The translations under genes and the position numbers were made by a program. The notes under the pieces were generated by a model. The model saw nothing but the letters and a program-made list of their open reading frames with translations. It made no database searches and had not been told where the DNA came from. Below, piece by piece: positions 23,143 through 35,949 of a DNA stretch of 64,000 nt; the stretch's first letter is position 1, and each line of letters opens with the position of its first letter. The DNA lies in NCBI GenBank assembly GCA_028534125.1, contig CM052816.1, forward strand, positions 77,688,001 through 77,752,000, given 5' to 3'. Origin of the DNA: Lama glama (lineage: Eukaryota).

Positions 23143-23249
23143 AGGGTTAACCATGGAACCACGTTTTCCATGGTTAAAATACAATTATAAAATAAGATAT
23201 AGAACATGATTCCAATTTTGATGTATAGATTTCAGTGAAAGCTTTTGGC

Positions 23250-24070
23250 CTCATTTATTTAACCAATCCCCTCTTACTGATTTTATAGCTGTTTGCACCA
23301 TTTCACTATTAAAATCAATACTTTAAATAGTACAATGGTACATCAATTCTTGCAATGTGTAAAATAATATTCTTAGAAGAAATTCCTAAAAATTGAATTA
23401 AGTCAAAAAATATCACAATATAAGGTTGTAAACGTCTTGCCAAATTGCCTTCCCCCAAAAATATGCTTCTAGCCATCGTGTACAGCAATGCCAGCTTCCC
23501 AATGCCAGCTACCTCACCAACAAATAATATCACTCACCATTTCAATAGGCAAAATTAATATCTCGCTGCTTAAATATGTATCTTTCTGAGCACTACCAAA
23601 GATGAAATTATTTTGATGCCATTTATCCACTGATGTTTAATTTTTTATCCATTAATATTTAACTAATTACTTGTTGATATCCTGGCTCCTTTCTGAGTTG
23701 GCTGTTCATCTTTACATACTAACATTAGTAAACTTTTATCTGTCATGTATTGCAATTTTTTTCTCACTTGTCATTTTTTTTCCTTCTCTGTTTAGGGTGG
23801 GGTTTAGTCATTTGTTTCTTGTTTTGCTATATAAAGTTTTACATTTTGATGTGATCAAAACTATAAAATATTTTTTCATATTGTCCTTTTGAGAAATAAG
23901 CTTCCTCATCCTGATTATTTCCATTTTTAATTTGTATTTTCTTCTAGAATATTTACTGTTTCATATTTTACTTTTAAATCCTTAATTCATCTAGAATTTA
24001 TTTTGTTGTAAGGTATGAGGTCAGGCTATAACCCTACTTTTTTCTACGTGGCTACACAGAATTCCTGATG
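23250..24070 (-). mobile_element. Old L1 (L1ME-like) fragment
   Basis: ttgccaaattgccttccc; ttaattcatctagaatttattttgttgtaaggtatgagg. Confidence 0.7.
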
Positions 24071-24079
24071 TACGTGTTA

Positions 24080-24297
24080 CGTAGCCTGGTGATTACAAGG
24101 GCTGGCCCTGGAGCTGGCCTGGTAGGTTTGTAATCTTTGAAGGTGAGGCATCTTTTCTCTGTCTCATCTACAAAACAGAGATGAAGATAATGGTCCCTAC
24201 TTCATAGGCCAGCTTTGACAGTAAATGGTGTTAAACACATAAACATTAGAATATTGCCCAGAACAGAGCACATGTTAGACTGTGTTGTTACTGTTAT
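24080..24297 (+). mobile_element. MIR SINE
   Basis: ctcatctacaaaacagagatgaagataatggtccctacttcatagg...aacattagaatattgcc. Confidence 0.7.
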
Positions 24298-24639
24298 GTA
24301 TTGAAAGATCTATCATTCCTTTTCTTGATATACTACATTTGTTAAGAACCACATATTTATCTATATCTTATTTATCTATATGACAGATAAAAGTTCCAGA
24401 ATTTTTGTCTTCTTCTGCTGCCTAGTCTGTCTACTTTGGTCCCTCTGCTGATTTTTAAAAGGGTTCATATCAATATTTCTGAAATCAGCAGAATGAACTT
24501 GTGACTTCCTAAGACACCTTGGTGTCTTAACCTTAAAGGTGCCAGGAGTAGTTTTATTCCTACATGTCAGGTCAATTTTGCACAAATCAGCTCTCATCAC
24601 CAAGCTCCATGTCATTTTGTGCTTCTTTAGTTATTCAGT

Positions 24640-24835
24640 CTCAGCTCTGCCACTTCCCAGCTGTGTAACCTTGGGCACGTTACCTGCACCCTCTGTCTTA
24701 CTGCTTCACCTGTAAGGTAGAGATAATAGTCATGACCTCATAGAGCTCCTGTGAGGATTAAATGAGATAATACATATAAGGCACACAGTACAATGAACAG
24801 AATAATCCCCAACTAAGTATTATTCATTTATTTTT
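24640..24835 (+). mobile_element. MIR SINE
   Basis: cagctctgccacttcccagctgtgtaaccttgggcacgtta...gtgaggattaaatgagataatacat. Confidence 0.9.
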
Positions 24836-26452
24836 ATTATTATCTTTGTTATATCAGACACAAAAGTCTCTCTTTTCTAAAGTCTCCCCTAGAAACTACC
24901 GACATGCATAATCAGGATGTAAGCGATACAGAGAAAAGGAGATCAGTGGTATTTTTAAAGTAAAGTTGTCATTTTTTCCAAGTTAATATATAATTAATAG
25001 CACCCAAAATAACGTCTTACACACAACAGGTGCTCAAAACAATTGTTGAACTAGTAAACATAAAGAAAATCATAGTCTTTCTACCTGTGCAGCACTGAAG
25101 TGAAAACTGAGAAAGAAAAGCTTCACCAATAATGGTCCTCAAGAGGTCTGAATAATAAAATAATATTAAGATTCTTATCCAAGACTTCTGGTACATCTTT
25201 CTCCCTATGATCACCACATGTTTACACACATGCAGAAAAGAGAGACAGTCAGAAGGAAAAAAAATGCTTAGGAATTAGTAGTCAGAAAATAATTCCGTTT
25301 TCTTGAGACCTGTGTTCTTTAGAAACATGCCCTGTCACAGAGCAGTTATCCTCTTTTATAATCTACATCACATGCGTTCATGTGTGTGCCCTCACACATA
25401 CACATACACGCACAATCCACAAATAGGCATTTCTTGACATTTTAAACCATTCCAGATTGGCTCAATTCCAGTTAATCATATTAAAATGTCAAGAAAATTA
25501 AGTATTAGAGATACAATCTGGTCCTTCTTGAACTTATTTACTTGTTCTTAAAAAAAAAAAAGATATGGCAGGGAGCAGCTGACTGCTTCCTTCTTTCCAG
25601 CAGTCTAATTACGTCTTCTTGCTTTTATTCAAGCAGTATATTTTAGCGTGTGTACAAAGGCAGAGCACTTCAAACTTACATGAGAAAGTGTGGCCACGGG
25701 TGTTACTTTCCCCTGAGGTTTAAGTGCAAGGGCAACACCACTGAGAGAGACAGTTGTGAGTTTCTCAGCTCTGAGTCATCTTGGGGGTGTCAGTAGCATT
25801 TGAGATGTTATACCAAGGAATTATTAGGAACCAAAACATTAAAATCACTCCCATGTGAGTGCAAAACTCAATCTTAAATTTTGAATGAGAGATGCTTCTT
25901 TTATAATTCCACCATTTTCAATGCCAGTAATTACACACTGGATCAAAAGACTGATGAGGAATGGAATTGGAAACCTGGAGATTATTTAAGAATAGCTTAG
26001 GTAACTAGACCCAGTCTTTGAAGAAGAACTCTAAGGAGGAGGTCGTCAACAATCTTAAGTCTTGACCACAATTCCTTGGACACCACCACAGAGAAAGAAA
26101 ACACCACTTATGTTTACATGGCATCTGAAAATTCAGCTATGTCAGCTTGAGTTAATTTTTACAGCCATTTTCACAAGTGATTTAAGTCACTAATTAATTG
26201 GCAACTGTTCAGTTCCCATCCATTCTAGGGATCCAGGTCAAGAGAAATAAACATGTCAACGCAGCCAGCAAAGAGAGAATTAGAGGATTCCTTTATCACT
26301 CTGTGAGAGACATTCCTTTGCTATAGTGAACCAAATAACACACTTATGGTCAATTCAGAGTTTAAAAGTAAGTGTACATCCTACCTTATTGGTCGCCTTA
26401 TGTTTTAAATCCTAAAGTCCAAAGACATATTCTATAGTTTTTAGAAAGCAAA

Positions 26453-26520
26453 ATAGATAGATAGATGGTGATGATGAAGATAGACAGAAACAGACAGACA
26501 GACAGATAGATAGGACATAG
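26453..26520. repeat. (GATA)/(GACA) tetranucleotide microsatellite, imperfect
   Basis: atagatagatagat...gacagacagacagatagatag. Confidence 0.8.
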
Positions 26521-26579
26521 GAACCATCCACAGAATAGACCCCAGGTTAAAAAAATACAGTTTTCCCTAAATTCATTAA

Positions 26580-27310
26580 TCTGTTACTCATTCATTCTAC
26601 ATATTTTATTAAATGCCAGTCACTGTTCTAGGCACTGGGGAATGAAATGGTAATACAGAAAACAAATATTTTTCTCTGCCCTCAATGGAGCTTTTAAAGT
26701 CTAATGGAGGATATTACCAATAATTAGACAATCTTACAAGCAAATACAAAATTAATCATTGGGTTGAGTGACATCAAAAAGAGGAAAACAGATAAGAGGA
26801 TCTGAAAAAGCCAGAGAGGGTTAGGGAAGTCGTCTCCGAGAAGTGATGGTAGAGGAGATACTGGAAAAGAAAAAACAATAGGCAATGACTAGGTGAAAAC
26901 AGGAAGGAAGGCTATTCCAAAGGTGCAAAGGCTATATGGCAGGAGAAAGCACGAGAGAAGGGATTAAAAGAAAGCCAGTGGAACACTGAAAAACGAGGTG
27001 GGATACAAGACACAGCTGGTAAGACCATGATGCATTTTGTCTGTACCTTAAGAGCAACAGCAAGTCATTGAAAGAATTTAAACAGGAGGGTGATGTGGTC
27101 AGAATGACACTTTTGTAACAATTGGTCTGAATTCAGTGTGAAGACTGGATTAGAGGTAGCCCAGAGAGGCTACAGGGAAACCAGCTAGAATATTAGAAAC
27201 AAGCTGCTGCTGTTGTCTGGCAATGATGGTAGCTTAGACCAAGATGGTACTGGTGGCGACGGATCGAAGGAAAAATCACTAGGACTTGAAAGAGATGAAG
27301 AAGGAAAGGG
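26580..27310 (-). mobile_element. L2 3' part
   Basis: tcattcattc...cactgttctaggcactgggga...ctctgccctcaatggagctt...tttaaacaggagggtgatgtggtcaga. Confidence 0.85.
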
Positions 27311-27544
27311 GCATATAGAATAAGCTTATACAGTAAAACTAATTGCTTTTGCTGCAGGAAGGGAGGGTTAAAACAACAGTAATATTTTACTAGGCCAAAT
27401 ACTGCTCATGACTCAGGCAACTGGCATTCAAAATCTAAATAAGTCTAAATCCAGAATTGTGATTACTTTATGTCACTCTGAGGACTTACACTTGCTTCTC
27501 AGAGCTAATCTAAGACAAAATTCTAAGAAACCATGGGAGTACTA

Positions 27545-30500
27545 CTTCTGGTTAAGATATAGAAAGCCATAAAGATGATCACTTTCATCATAACAAAAGA
27601 AAATAATAGGTATACTAAAAATCATATTTTTCTTTTCTTCTTAAAAATCTTCAAAGGCTACTAGACACACACATAAGTCTAAGTAAACTAATTCCAAAGC
27701 AGGACATGCCCTTGGAATAAGAGCAAGAAGTGTGATTATTTTCATACTTGGGGCACACTGCCTAGCCTGAGTCCAGGTGGGTGGAAAAGTAAGCCTGAGA
27801 GAGACTTGACGACTTTGCTGCAATGAGAAGTCGCCTGAACTTCTAACAATAGTGTGGGCTAGCATGAAATACTGAAATCTGGATGAGTCCCAAATACAAA
27901 ACTCTCTCTCTCAGAACAGCAATCCTCCCCCATAAGAATTCTGCCGAGTCAGCAGCATTTGGGGCAGAAGTAGAAATAGAGTTCTCCCAGTCCCTCTTAC
28001 TACTTTAGGTTCCAGAATCCTCCTAGCGTTGAATTTGGAGGTGAAATCTAACTAAAACTGCAAGCAAATCTCCTAGTTCAAATAAGGAAAATCCTGAATT
28101 GATCAGCCCTCTAGACATGAATCAAGAAGCTGAGGGTTAGGCTGAAAGGCCAAGTGAAATCTCCATAATCTCATTGGCAAGAGGTGAACTGAAACTAATT
28201 AAAGTTGTATCCCAATCCCAGCTCTGCTCGCCTCATGATAGGACCTGGATAAAATTCCCTTCCCAAGCTTCTGGACAGAGGAAAGGGAAAGCATTCTCTG
28301 GGAAAAACAGAACAAAAATAAACAATCTAGTTTAGTCCCTATTGTTCTTTTATGCAAGATGTCTGAGACACAATTAAAAATTAAGAGACATACGAAGAAT
28401 GAAAACATGACCCACCATCAATAAAGAAAACAGTTAAAAGAGGCAGACCCACTGAGGACCAGGTATTGCAATCAGTAGATGAGGTCTCTAAATAACTATT
28501 TAAAATACGCTAAAGAATTATGTAAATTATATTAAAGTTGGACAAGATGGGTGAATAGAAAGGAGTTTCATCAAAGTGACTCAAGCTCTATAGAAGACCC
28601 AAAGAGAAATTCTAGAATAGAAAAATAGGATATCTAAAACAAAAAATGTAGTGAATAAGTTTAAAAACAGACTGGAACAAAAGAAAGATCAGTGAACTCA
28701 AAGATAAATCAATAAAAAATAGCCAAAGATAAGTACATAAAGAAAAAAGAATTAAAATACTGAACACAGTGTTAGAGACAAGTGGGTTAATACCAAATAA
28801 TCTAACATACATGAAAATGAAACTTCAGAGTATGTTCTCTCCAAAATGGAACTCAATTAGAAGTTGATAATAAATTGATAACTAGAAAAACCCTCAAATA
28901 TTTAGAAATTAAACCACACAGTTCTAAATAATCTTTGGGTCAAAGAAGAAATGAAATGGAATTTATAAAATATTTTGTACTGAATGACAATGAAAACACA
29001 AATATCAAAATTTGTGAGATGTAGCTGAAGCAGTGCTTATTGGAAAAGTGATAGCTTTAAATGTATCCATCAGAAAAAGGGAATGATTTTAAATAAAGGC
29101 TAAGAGGCATAAAGATTGATGAGGAAGAAATAAACTTTGTTTCAGGCAATATCATTATGGATATAGAAAATCCAAAGGAATCACTAACAAAAAAACCCTG
29201 CTAGAACTACTGAGTGCATTTGCAAGGTCATAGAATAAAACAGCAATACGTAAAAATCAATTGTATTTCTATACCCTAGCAACAAAAATTTGGAAAATAA
29301 AAAATTTAAAATACCACTTATAATAGCATCAAATACCTAAACATAATTTTTTGATCTATGTGCAAGTCCTCTATACTTGTAAGCTACAAAAACATTACTG
29401 AGAAAAATTTGAAACAAATGGAGAGATACACCATGCCCAGGGATTGAAGGATACATTATTGTTAAGATAGCTATTCTTCCCAAATTAATCTATAAATTAA
29501 AACAATCCCAGTCAAAATCTTAACAATTTGGGGGCAGATATCAAGACATCATAAAGTTGAATTAACTAAGACATTGTGTTGGCAGGAGGAAAAGCAAATA
29601 GAAAATGAAAAAGAATGGAGTCCATAAATAGGCCTATAGAGATGTAATAAATAGATTTTCAACAAAATTCAGTGCAATTCAATGGAGAAACAGCAATGGT
29701 GCTGTAACACCAAATGGTGCTAGCACAAATGAGTATGTGTGTGAAAAAAAAAAAAAACAACTAATGTTGATTCCCTACATTAGAGCATACAGAAAAATTA
29801 TTTGAGGATGATCATGGATCTAAATGCAGAAAAAAAAAAACTCTAAAGCTTCTAGAAAATAAGAAAGAATATTTTCATGAATGGGATAAGCAAAGGTTTT
29901 TTAGTCAGGATACAAAAAGTATTAACCAAGAGGAAAAAAAATGATGTTTAATTTCATCAAAATTAAAAGCTTCTGTCATAAAAGACACCATTAAGAAACT
30001 GAAAAAAGGCAAGCTACTAACTATGAGAAGATACTCACAACACACACACATACATATAAAGAGATTCATTTCCAGAATATATAATGAAGTTCTATAAATC
30101 AGAGGTTGTAAAAATAACCCTACTAAAAAGGGAAAAAAATTTTTTAAAGGAATCTTCTCAAGAAAAGGTATAGGAATAGCCAATAAGCACATGAAAAAGT
30201 GTTTAACAACATAAGTTATCAGAGAAATATAAATTAAAACCATAATGAGAAACCACTCTGTTTTTTTAAAATTCAGTTAAATTAGAGAGTGACCATATCA
30301 AGTGTTGGTGAGAATCTGAAGCATCTGGAACTCCCATACATTGCTTGTGGGAGGGTATCTCTACCCTCCCACATTTTGGAAAAGTGTTCGGCAGGTTTTT
30401 ATATAGTTCAACATATCCTATCTATGATACAACAGTTCTACTCCTAGAAATATACTTAAGAGAAATAAAAGGAGATGCCTACAAAAGACTTGGATACAAA

Positions 30501-30945
30501 TGTTAACAGCAGCTTTATTCATAATTGCCAAAAACTGTCAACAAACCAGATCCCCATCAGAAAGAATGAATGAGTCAATGGTGGTATATTCATACAATGG
30601 GTTTCTCATCAGCAACAAAAAAGAACTAAAAGACCCACACAACAATATAAATGACTTTACTAACACAAAAGACTACCTACTGTCTGATTTCATTCATATT
30701 AAGTCCAAGAACAGGCAAAACTAATATATGGTGATGGAAATCAGAACAGGGGTTGCCTCTGGGGGAATGAAGAAATGGACTTGAAAGTAGCCCTGAAGAC
30801 CTTTCAAGATAATGAATATTAGTAGTAACACAGGAGTCCGTACATTTATCAAAACCCATTGAACTGTACACTTAGATCTGTGCATTTTGCTGTAGTATGT
30901 AAATTATTCCTTCAATAAAGGAATGAGAAAAAAAGAAGAAAAATC
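27545..30945 (+). mobile_element. Old L1 (L1MC/MD-like) retaining 5' UTR, ORF1 and ORF2 pieces and 3' UTR, with large internal deletions
   Basis: ORF1-like 28340-28820, post-endonuclease ORF2-like 28830-29090, ORF2 3' half 29115-30300, and 3' UTR ending caataaa plus A-rich tail at about 30913-30945. Confidence 0.85.
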
Positions 30946-31289
30946 ATGAAAGCAAGCACACTTAACCACAGGAAAAATATGCGGATACACTATACTGTAG
31001 ATTCTATTCTCTGCCCAGAATATTGAATCTGTTTATAAAAACATGACCTCACAATGCAAGGGAAAAGCACAAAGAAAGTCATGTAAAATCAAACAAATTG
31101 TCAAGGTTTTACATTGAAAATCAGACACACATAGGACAGGATTCTTCAAGAGATAAATTTTCACACCTGAGAGGTTCACCTCCAGCAATCCGACGGTGTT
31201 TACTGTTAGAGCCCACCGAAGGGGAAGTTCTTAACATTTTTATCATAGTGAAATTCAGTTTTGGTGATCACCTTCAAAGATAATGAGTG

Positions 31290-31525
31290 GCAACCCGATG
31301 GAAAGAGTTGGCCTCTGGAGCCAGGTAAACCTGAATTCACAAAGCCTGGCTGTGCCTGTGAGTTGCTCTGTGACTTGGGCTGGAATCCTTGCCTCTCTGG
31401 GCCTCAGTTTCTCCATCCGTAAAATGGAGAAAGGATTGTTATGGACATTAAAGAAGATAATCTATGGGAACCACATAGTGCCTGTCACGTAGGCAAGTCT
31501 CACATAGTTAGGTGCTGTAATAATT
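31290..31525 (+). mobile_element. MIR SINE
   Basis: ctgtgacttgggc...cctctctgggcctcagtttctccatccgtaaaatgg. Confidence 0.85.
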
Positions 31526-32272
31526 ACTGAGATAGCCTGAGGGGAGATGGTGGAAGTCAGCAGGAGCTGAAGTTGTCAAGAGGCAGGTGTTTGTTTTGCT
31601 GAGCAACCAACCCCAGTGTCACCTTTGCTGATATTTGAACCCCAGAGGGGAATTCTGTATTAAGGGGACTAGCATATCCTCCCCTTTTTTGATGGCTCCA
31701 GGGGTCTGATTCTAGTTTGGCCCCTTAACACCCACAAAACAAACAAACATGCTTGTGACAACAACAGGGCTCAGAATGGCTACCTGGGTTTTCCCAGGAC
31801 ATGTCAGAAACATATAGCTTTTAAGGATCCTAGAGACAGCACCACCAGATCACTTCCAATCCCATTCCTCCAGAAGAACACAATTAGAGTAACAATGGAT
31901 TGACTATTTCAGATCATTTTTCTAAACATCAGTTTAGTGCCCCAGGGTTTTTCTATGTCCAGGTCCTATTTGCACAGTCTATGCCTATGTTTTCCGTGGA
32001 AACAGACATATCTACTTCTTTATGTTTGCCTGTGAAATCTGAAGATAATCCCACTAGAGATTATGTCTAATCTGAGCCCAAAATAGGATTTCTCTGGTTT
32101 TACACTGTTGTCATCACACCACTTCAAAGAAGGCCAGGACTGCAAGGGATCTCTTTGGAGATATCAAAACTCTCTCATGTCAGTGCCTTCACAACTCTGC
32201 CTCCTGAGACTCTGTACTAGCTCTACTATTTCCATGGTCTTAAAGCTCATTACCTTGAAAAGTCCCTGAATG

Positions 32273-32762
32273 TGTAGATGGAGAGCTCAAGTTGGAAAGG
32301 ACAAATCTGACTCCATACTGGATGTTTCTTTTACTTTAACCTTTGTATTCTGTTGCTTGTTAATCACTGAAGGGATGTTGCCTGTAAGCTTCAATTTTAC
32401 ATAATGGCCCATCTCTGGGATCCTGCTTCCCAGATAAGGAGCGTTAAGTTAAATACTTTTGTTTAGCTCACAGGAAACACCCTGACCAGGCCCACCGATG
32501 AGGGACTGCAGGCAGGAAGAAATTAACACCTCCCCTCCAGAATCTGACTGAAACCAGGAAATGTCTGTCTTTACTCCCTCCCCTTTTAGTATAAAAGAAG
32601 CCTGAATTCTAACTTAGGCAAGATGGTTCTTTGGGACACCAGTTCACCATCTTCTTGGTCTGCTGGCTTTCTACATAAAGTTGCTATTCCTTGCCCCAAC
32701 AATGCATCTCTTGATTTACTGGCCTATCGTGTGGAGAGCAAGTATGAGCTTGGACTCTAACA
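32273..32762 (+). mobile_element. ERV1 solo LTR (LTR39/MER41-group-like)
   Basis: TG...CA ends; tctgactccat near the 5' end; TATAAAA at 32590-32596; cataaagttgctattccttgccccaac...gagcttggactctaaca 3' end. Confidence 0.75.
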
Positions 32763-32859
32763 TTCTTTCCTAGGATGAAATAAAATCTCCCTTTCAACTG
32801 TTCCCCAGGATTCCTTATTCATCCTTAGGAGAAAACCAGGATTAATGCCATTACCCCTT

Positions 32860-33140
32860 CTCATGACAGGACTTCTCCCACTTTCAGAGTGGCCAGCAAC
32901 TTCCCTGACCACACCATCTAAACTAAGATGTTCCTTATTGTTCTCTGCTTGGGCCCTTGCTGTTTCCTCCAAAGCGCTCATTGCAATTTGCAATTGTTTT
33001 TTGCATGTCTTTTTTACAAGAGACTCTTAGCTCTAAGCAGGGCCACACTGGGCTGTCTTAGCCACAGCCGTACCTCCCAGCACCTGGCACCAAACCTGGC
33101 ACATCATGGCTGCTCAGTAGACACTGGGTACATGAGTGCA
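32860..33140 (+). mobile_element. L2 3' end
   Basis: cttccctgaccacacca...cccagcacctggcaccaaacctggcacatcatggctgctcagta. Confidence 0.75.
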
Positions 33141-33961
33141 CATCTTTTGATATTTTTAAATAGCTCTAGTCTCTCCTTAGCCTTCTGTGGCCTGACCATC
33201 TATCTTGATTCCTTCTGAGAATTTTCAAATTGCCAAGCCCAGAGAGGTAGCAGGTAACACGTCTCTGTGAGTGGGACTGGTATAAAGAAATAAGAGGTGG
33301 AGAGGTTGTGGACCTGGCTGGAGTACGTGCTTGGCCCAAAAGCACTCAAATTCAAAAAACTTTTAACCACTAGGATTGTTGAGTATGACATATCTGAGAC
33401 GGGACTGGGCCTGCAGGCCACCACTTTACAAGCCCTCTTTCAATCCTCGTTTCCTGAACATAATTTCCAGATCCCTCATCTTCCTCTCCTGGAAATATCC
33501 CAGAGTGTCAGTGTTGCTCTTAAAGCTTCATTTGCCAGGAGTCACAGCACATGGGGGCCCAAGACACATGGGGCTGTTGCCGTCTGTGGTCTGGATAGTG
33601 AACGGCTCTCCAAGCAGCCCAGAAGGCCTGGGGTCTCTCAGCAGACGTCCTCCATCATCGTTGGCTCCAATGGAGTTTGCAGTCAATACATCTTTTTTTT
33701 TTTTTTTTACCACGAGCTACTGACAAGCCACTTAATGATAATAATATTTATGAAACAGCCTAAACAAAGATCTCTAGCCTTGGAAGAACTCAGACTATCC
33801 GTATCTTGATGATGTTTTCCTTCAGCACAAGTCTGGACAAGAAGAACAGGATTCCCCAGTGCCCTGATGTCCCACAGACAGGTGAGACCCAAAGAACCAA
33901 TCCAATCACAAAGGAATAATCCAGTTGGTGGCTCTTCCTGACCAAAATAATTACACTAGAC

Positions 33962-34200
33962 CAAGAGTTCCCACACCTGGCTGCATCCTGGAACCATCTC
34001 TGGCCTCATCCCTGGAGACTCGGAGTCTGGAGAACAAGGAATCTGCAGTATGAACCAGCTCCGTAGATGATGTGGGACATCCAAGGACCAGAACCGGGGA
34101 AGCGTCATCTAGACCAGCAGCATCAGCACCGCTTGCAAACTCTCTAAACTCTGGAAGCGAGGCTAAGTAGCAGGTGCACCCTAAAATGTGACAGCCACTG
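33962..34200. mobile_element. Adjacent hAT-Charlie MITE remnants (MER5A/B-like)
   Basis: gttcccacacctggctgcatcctggaacca; gaccagcagcatcagca; ends gacagccactg. Confidence 0.6.
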
Positions 34201-34208
34201 ACTTAGAC

Positions 34209-34856
34209 CAGTGCTGACTAACTTTTTACTAAAGAGACAGACAGCAAATATTTCAGGCTTTGTGGGCCAAGAGGCAAAAAGGAGGATTATTATGTTGATA
34301 CTTCTATAACTGTTTAAAATGCACCCATTTGTTGTGGATTAAATTATGTCTTACCTTCCTCCCTCCTCAGAGAAGATGTGCTGATAGCCTAGTTTCCAGC
34401 CTCTAAATGTGGCCCTGTTTGGAAACAGGGTCTTTGCAGAGGTAATTTGTAAAGAGTTAAGTTGAGGTCATTAGAGTGGACCCTAATCCAACGTGACCAG
34501 TGTCTTTAAAAAAAAGGGGAATTTGCACAGAGAGAGAAACACATAGAGGAAAGAGGCGAGACACAAGAGAACATGACCTATAAGCCAAGGAATGCCTGAG
34601 GTTGCCATAAACGAGGAACAGATTTTCCTCACAGGAGGAACCAGCCCTGCTGACACCTCGATTGTGGACTTCACCTCTGTAAGCATGAGACAATACATCT
34701 GACATTTAAGCCACTCAGTTTGTAACACTACCACGGCAGCCCTAGAAAACTAGTGCCCCATTTACAACGTAGAAACAATTCTTAGCTCAAGGGCCACAGA
34801 AAAACAGGAGAGCAGCAGGCTAGACGTGGCCCATGAGCTGTAGCTAGACCATGCCC
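34209..34856. mobile_element. hAT-Charlie MITE (MER58-like), split by an MLT1 LTR
   Basis: aaatatttcaggctttgtgggcca on the left of the LTR; aacaattcttagctca...aaaaacagg...tggcccatgagctgtag on the right. Confidence 0.75.
34330..34757 (+). mobile_element. MaLR solo LTR (MLT1B/C-like) with 5-bp TSD CCATT
   Basis: tgttgtggattaaattatgtc...tttggaaacagggtctttgcaga...gcagccctagaaaactagt. ccatt at 34325-34329 and 34758-34762. Confidence 0.9.
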
Positions 34857-35489
34857 AACCACACCAACTCAGCATCCTGACAATCAGTGCATCGTTCATA
34901 ACCTCCTAGCAGACGCAGTCTTAGGTCCCCAAGTCCTGCTTAGGTAGTACACCCTTGGAGTGGTTTCCCATAACCTCCATGTAATGTTGATCTTGTACTT
35001 CAGGGATCTGGCCAGCCTTGCTCACTACTATATCCTTAGAACCTGACACCTACAAACTTTCAATAATTATTCAATGAATACGTGAATTTAAGACAGATAA
35101 TCAGAAGCTCTTCTGGCTGGAAGAGACAGTAGATTTCATTAATTAGTCCTGTTTTCAGAGAGGCAGCTTAAATCCACAGCGTGTCAGTGATTGCCCAAAG
35201 GAACATGGCAGAAAACCCAGGATTAAAATCCACTTGTCCAAACTCCCAAACGTACAGCTCCTTCATCACACCACTCTACCTTTCGAACACACCTAAACCT
35301 ATCTTGAAACACTGACACTTAAGATACAACATGTTATCTCCATTTACACACAAAATACCTGCAAATAAGAAGAGATTTGTTAGGAACTTAGGTGTGGCTA
35401 GCATCTGGCCGTAAAGCAGCCACGGGCAGATTGAGCAGGAGGTACGCCAGAACATTTACTGAGATAACTTTGCAGTAGACATCTACCTG

Positions 35490-35949
35490 TGTTGACTGAA
35501 ATAAATGTGCAGCCTAAGAGGGTTACGTTTTATTTGGCCGGGATGACAGCCTCTCAGATCGCTCTAAGGGTCTGCTCCGAAGAGGTAGGGGAGGAGCTAG
35601 GATATACAGGAGCTATTCAACAAAGACCAGGTAGTTGGAACAATAAAAGATTACTTGTTATCTAAAGAAAAACAGGCATCTCAAGTTAAAGAATTTAGTG
35701 CTCTTCTATGTATGGGAGGAAGCAAACATTTGGGCTCATTGAATTCATTCCTTTGACAAGCACCTAGCTATCTAGGGCCAGTATCTTGTCCTTTATTATT
35801 CTGAGTCCCCTCAGGGTGCAGCACTGTGAGTGGCTGCAGAGGCTGGGCTGCTGGCTTGTCTTCACTGCAGGGTGGCGGCAGCCACTGATGACTTGATGGC
35901 TTCAGCATTTTTTGTTTACTGATACGGTTTGCAGTATTTTTCGTTCACA
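35490..35949 (-). mobile_element. ERV1-class solo LTR with perfect 4-bp TSD CCTG
   Basis: TG...CA ends; cctg at 35486-35489 and 35950-35953; antisense polyA signal (ttttattt, about 35528-35535) and antisense TATA-like element (gatatac, about 35601). Confidence 0.85.

Noticed and set aside
29905..30243. 112-aa minus-strand ORF
   Set aside because: Antisense translation of decayed L1 ORF2 (typical MVLIYISLI...HFFMCLLAI pattern).
33297..33809. 170-aa ORF
   Set aside because: GTG start, runs through a T-homopolymer (FFFFF), overlaps other equally unconvincing ORFs, and has no recognisable domain.
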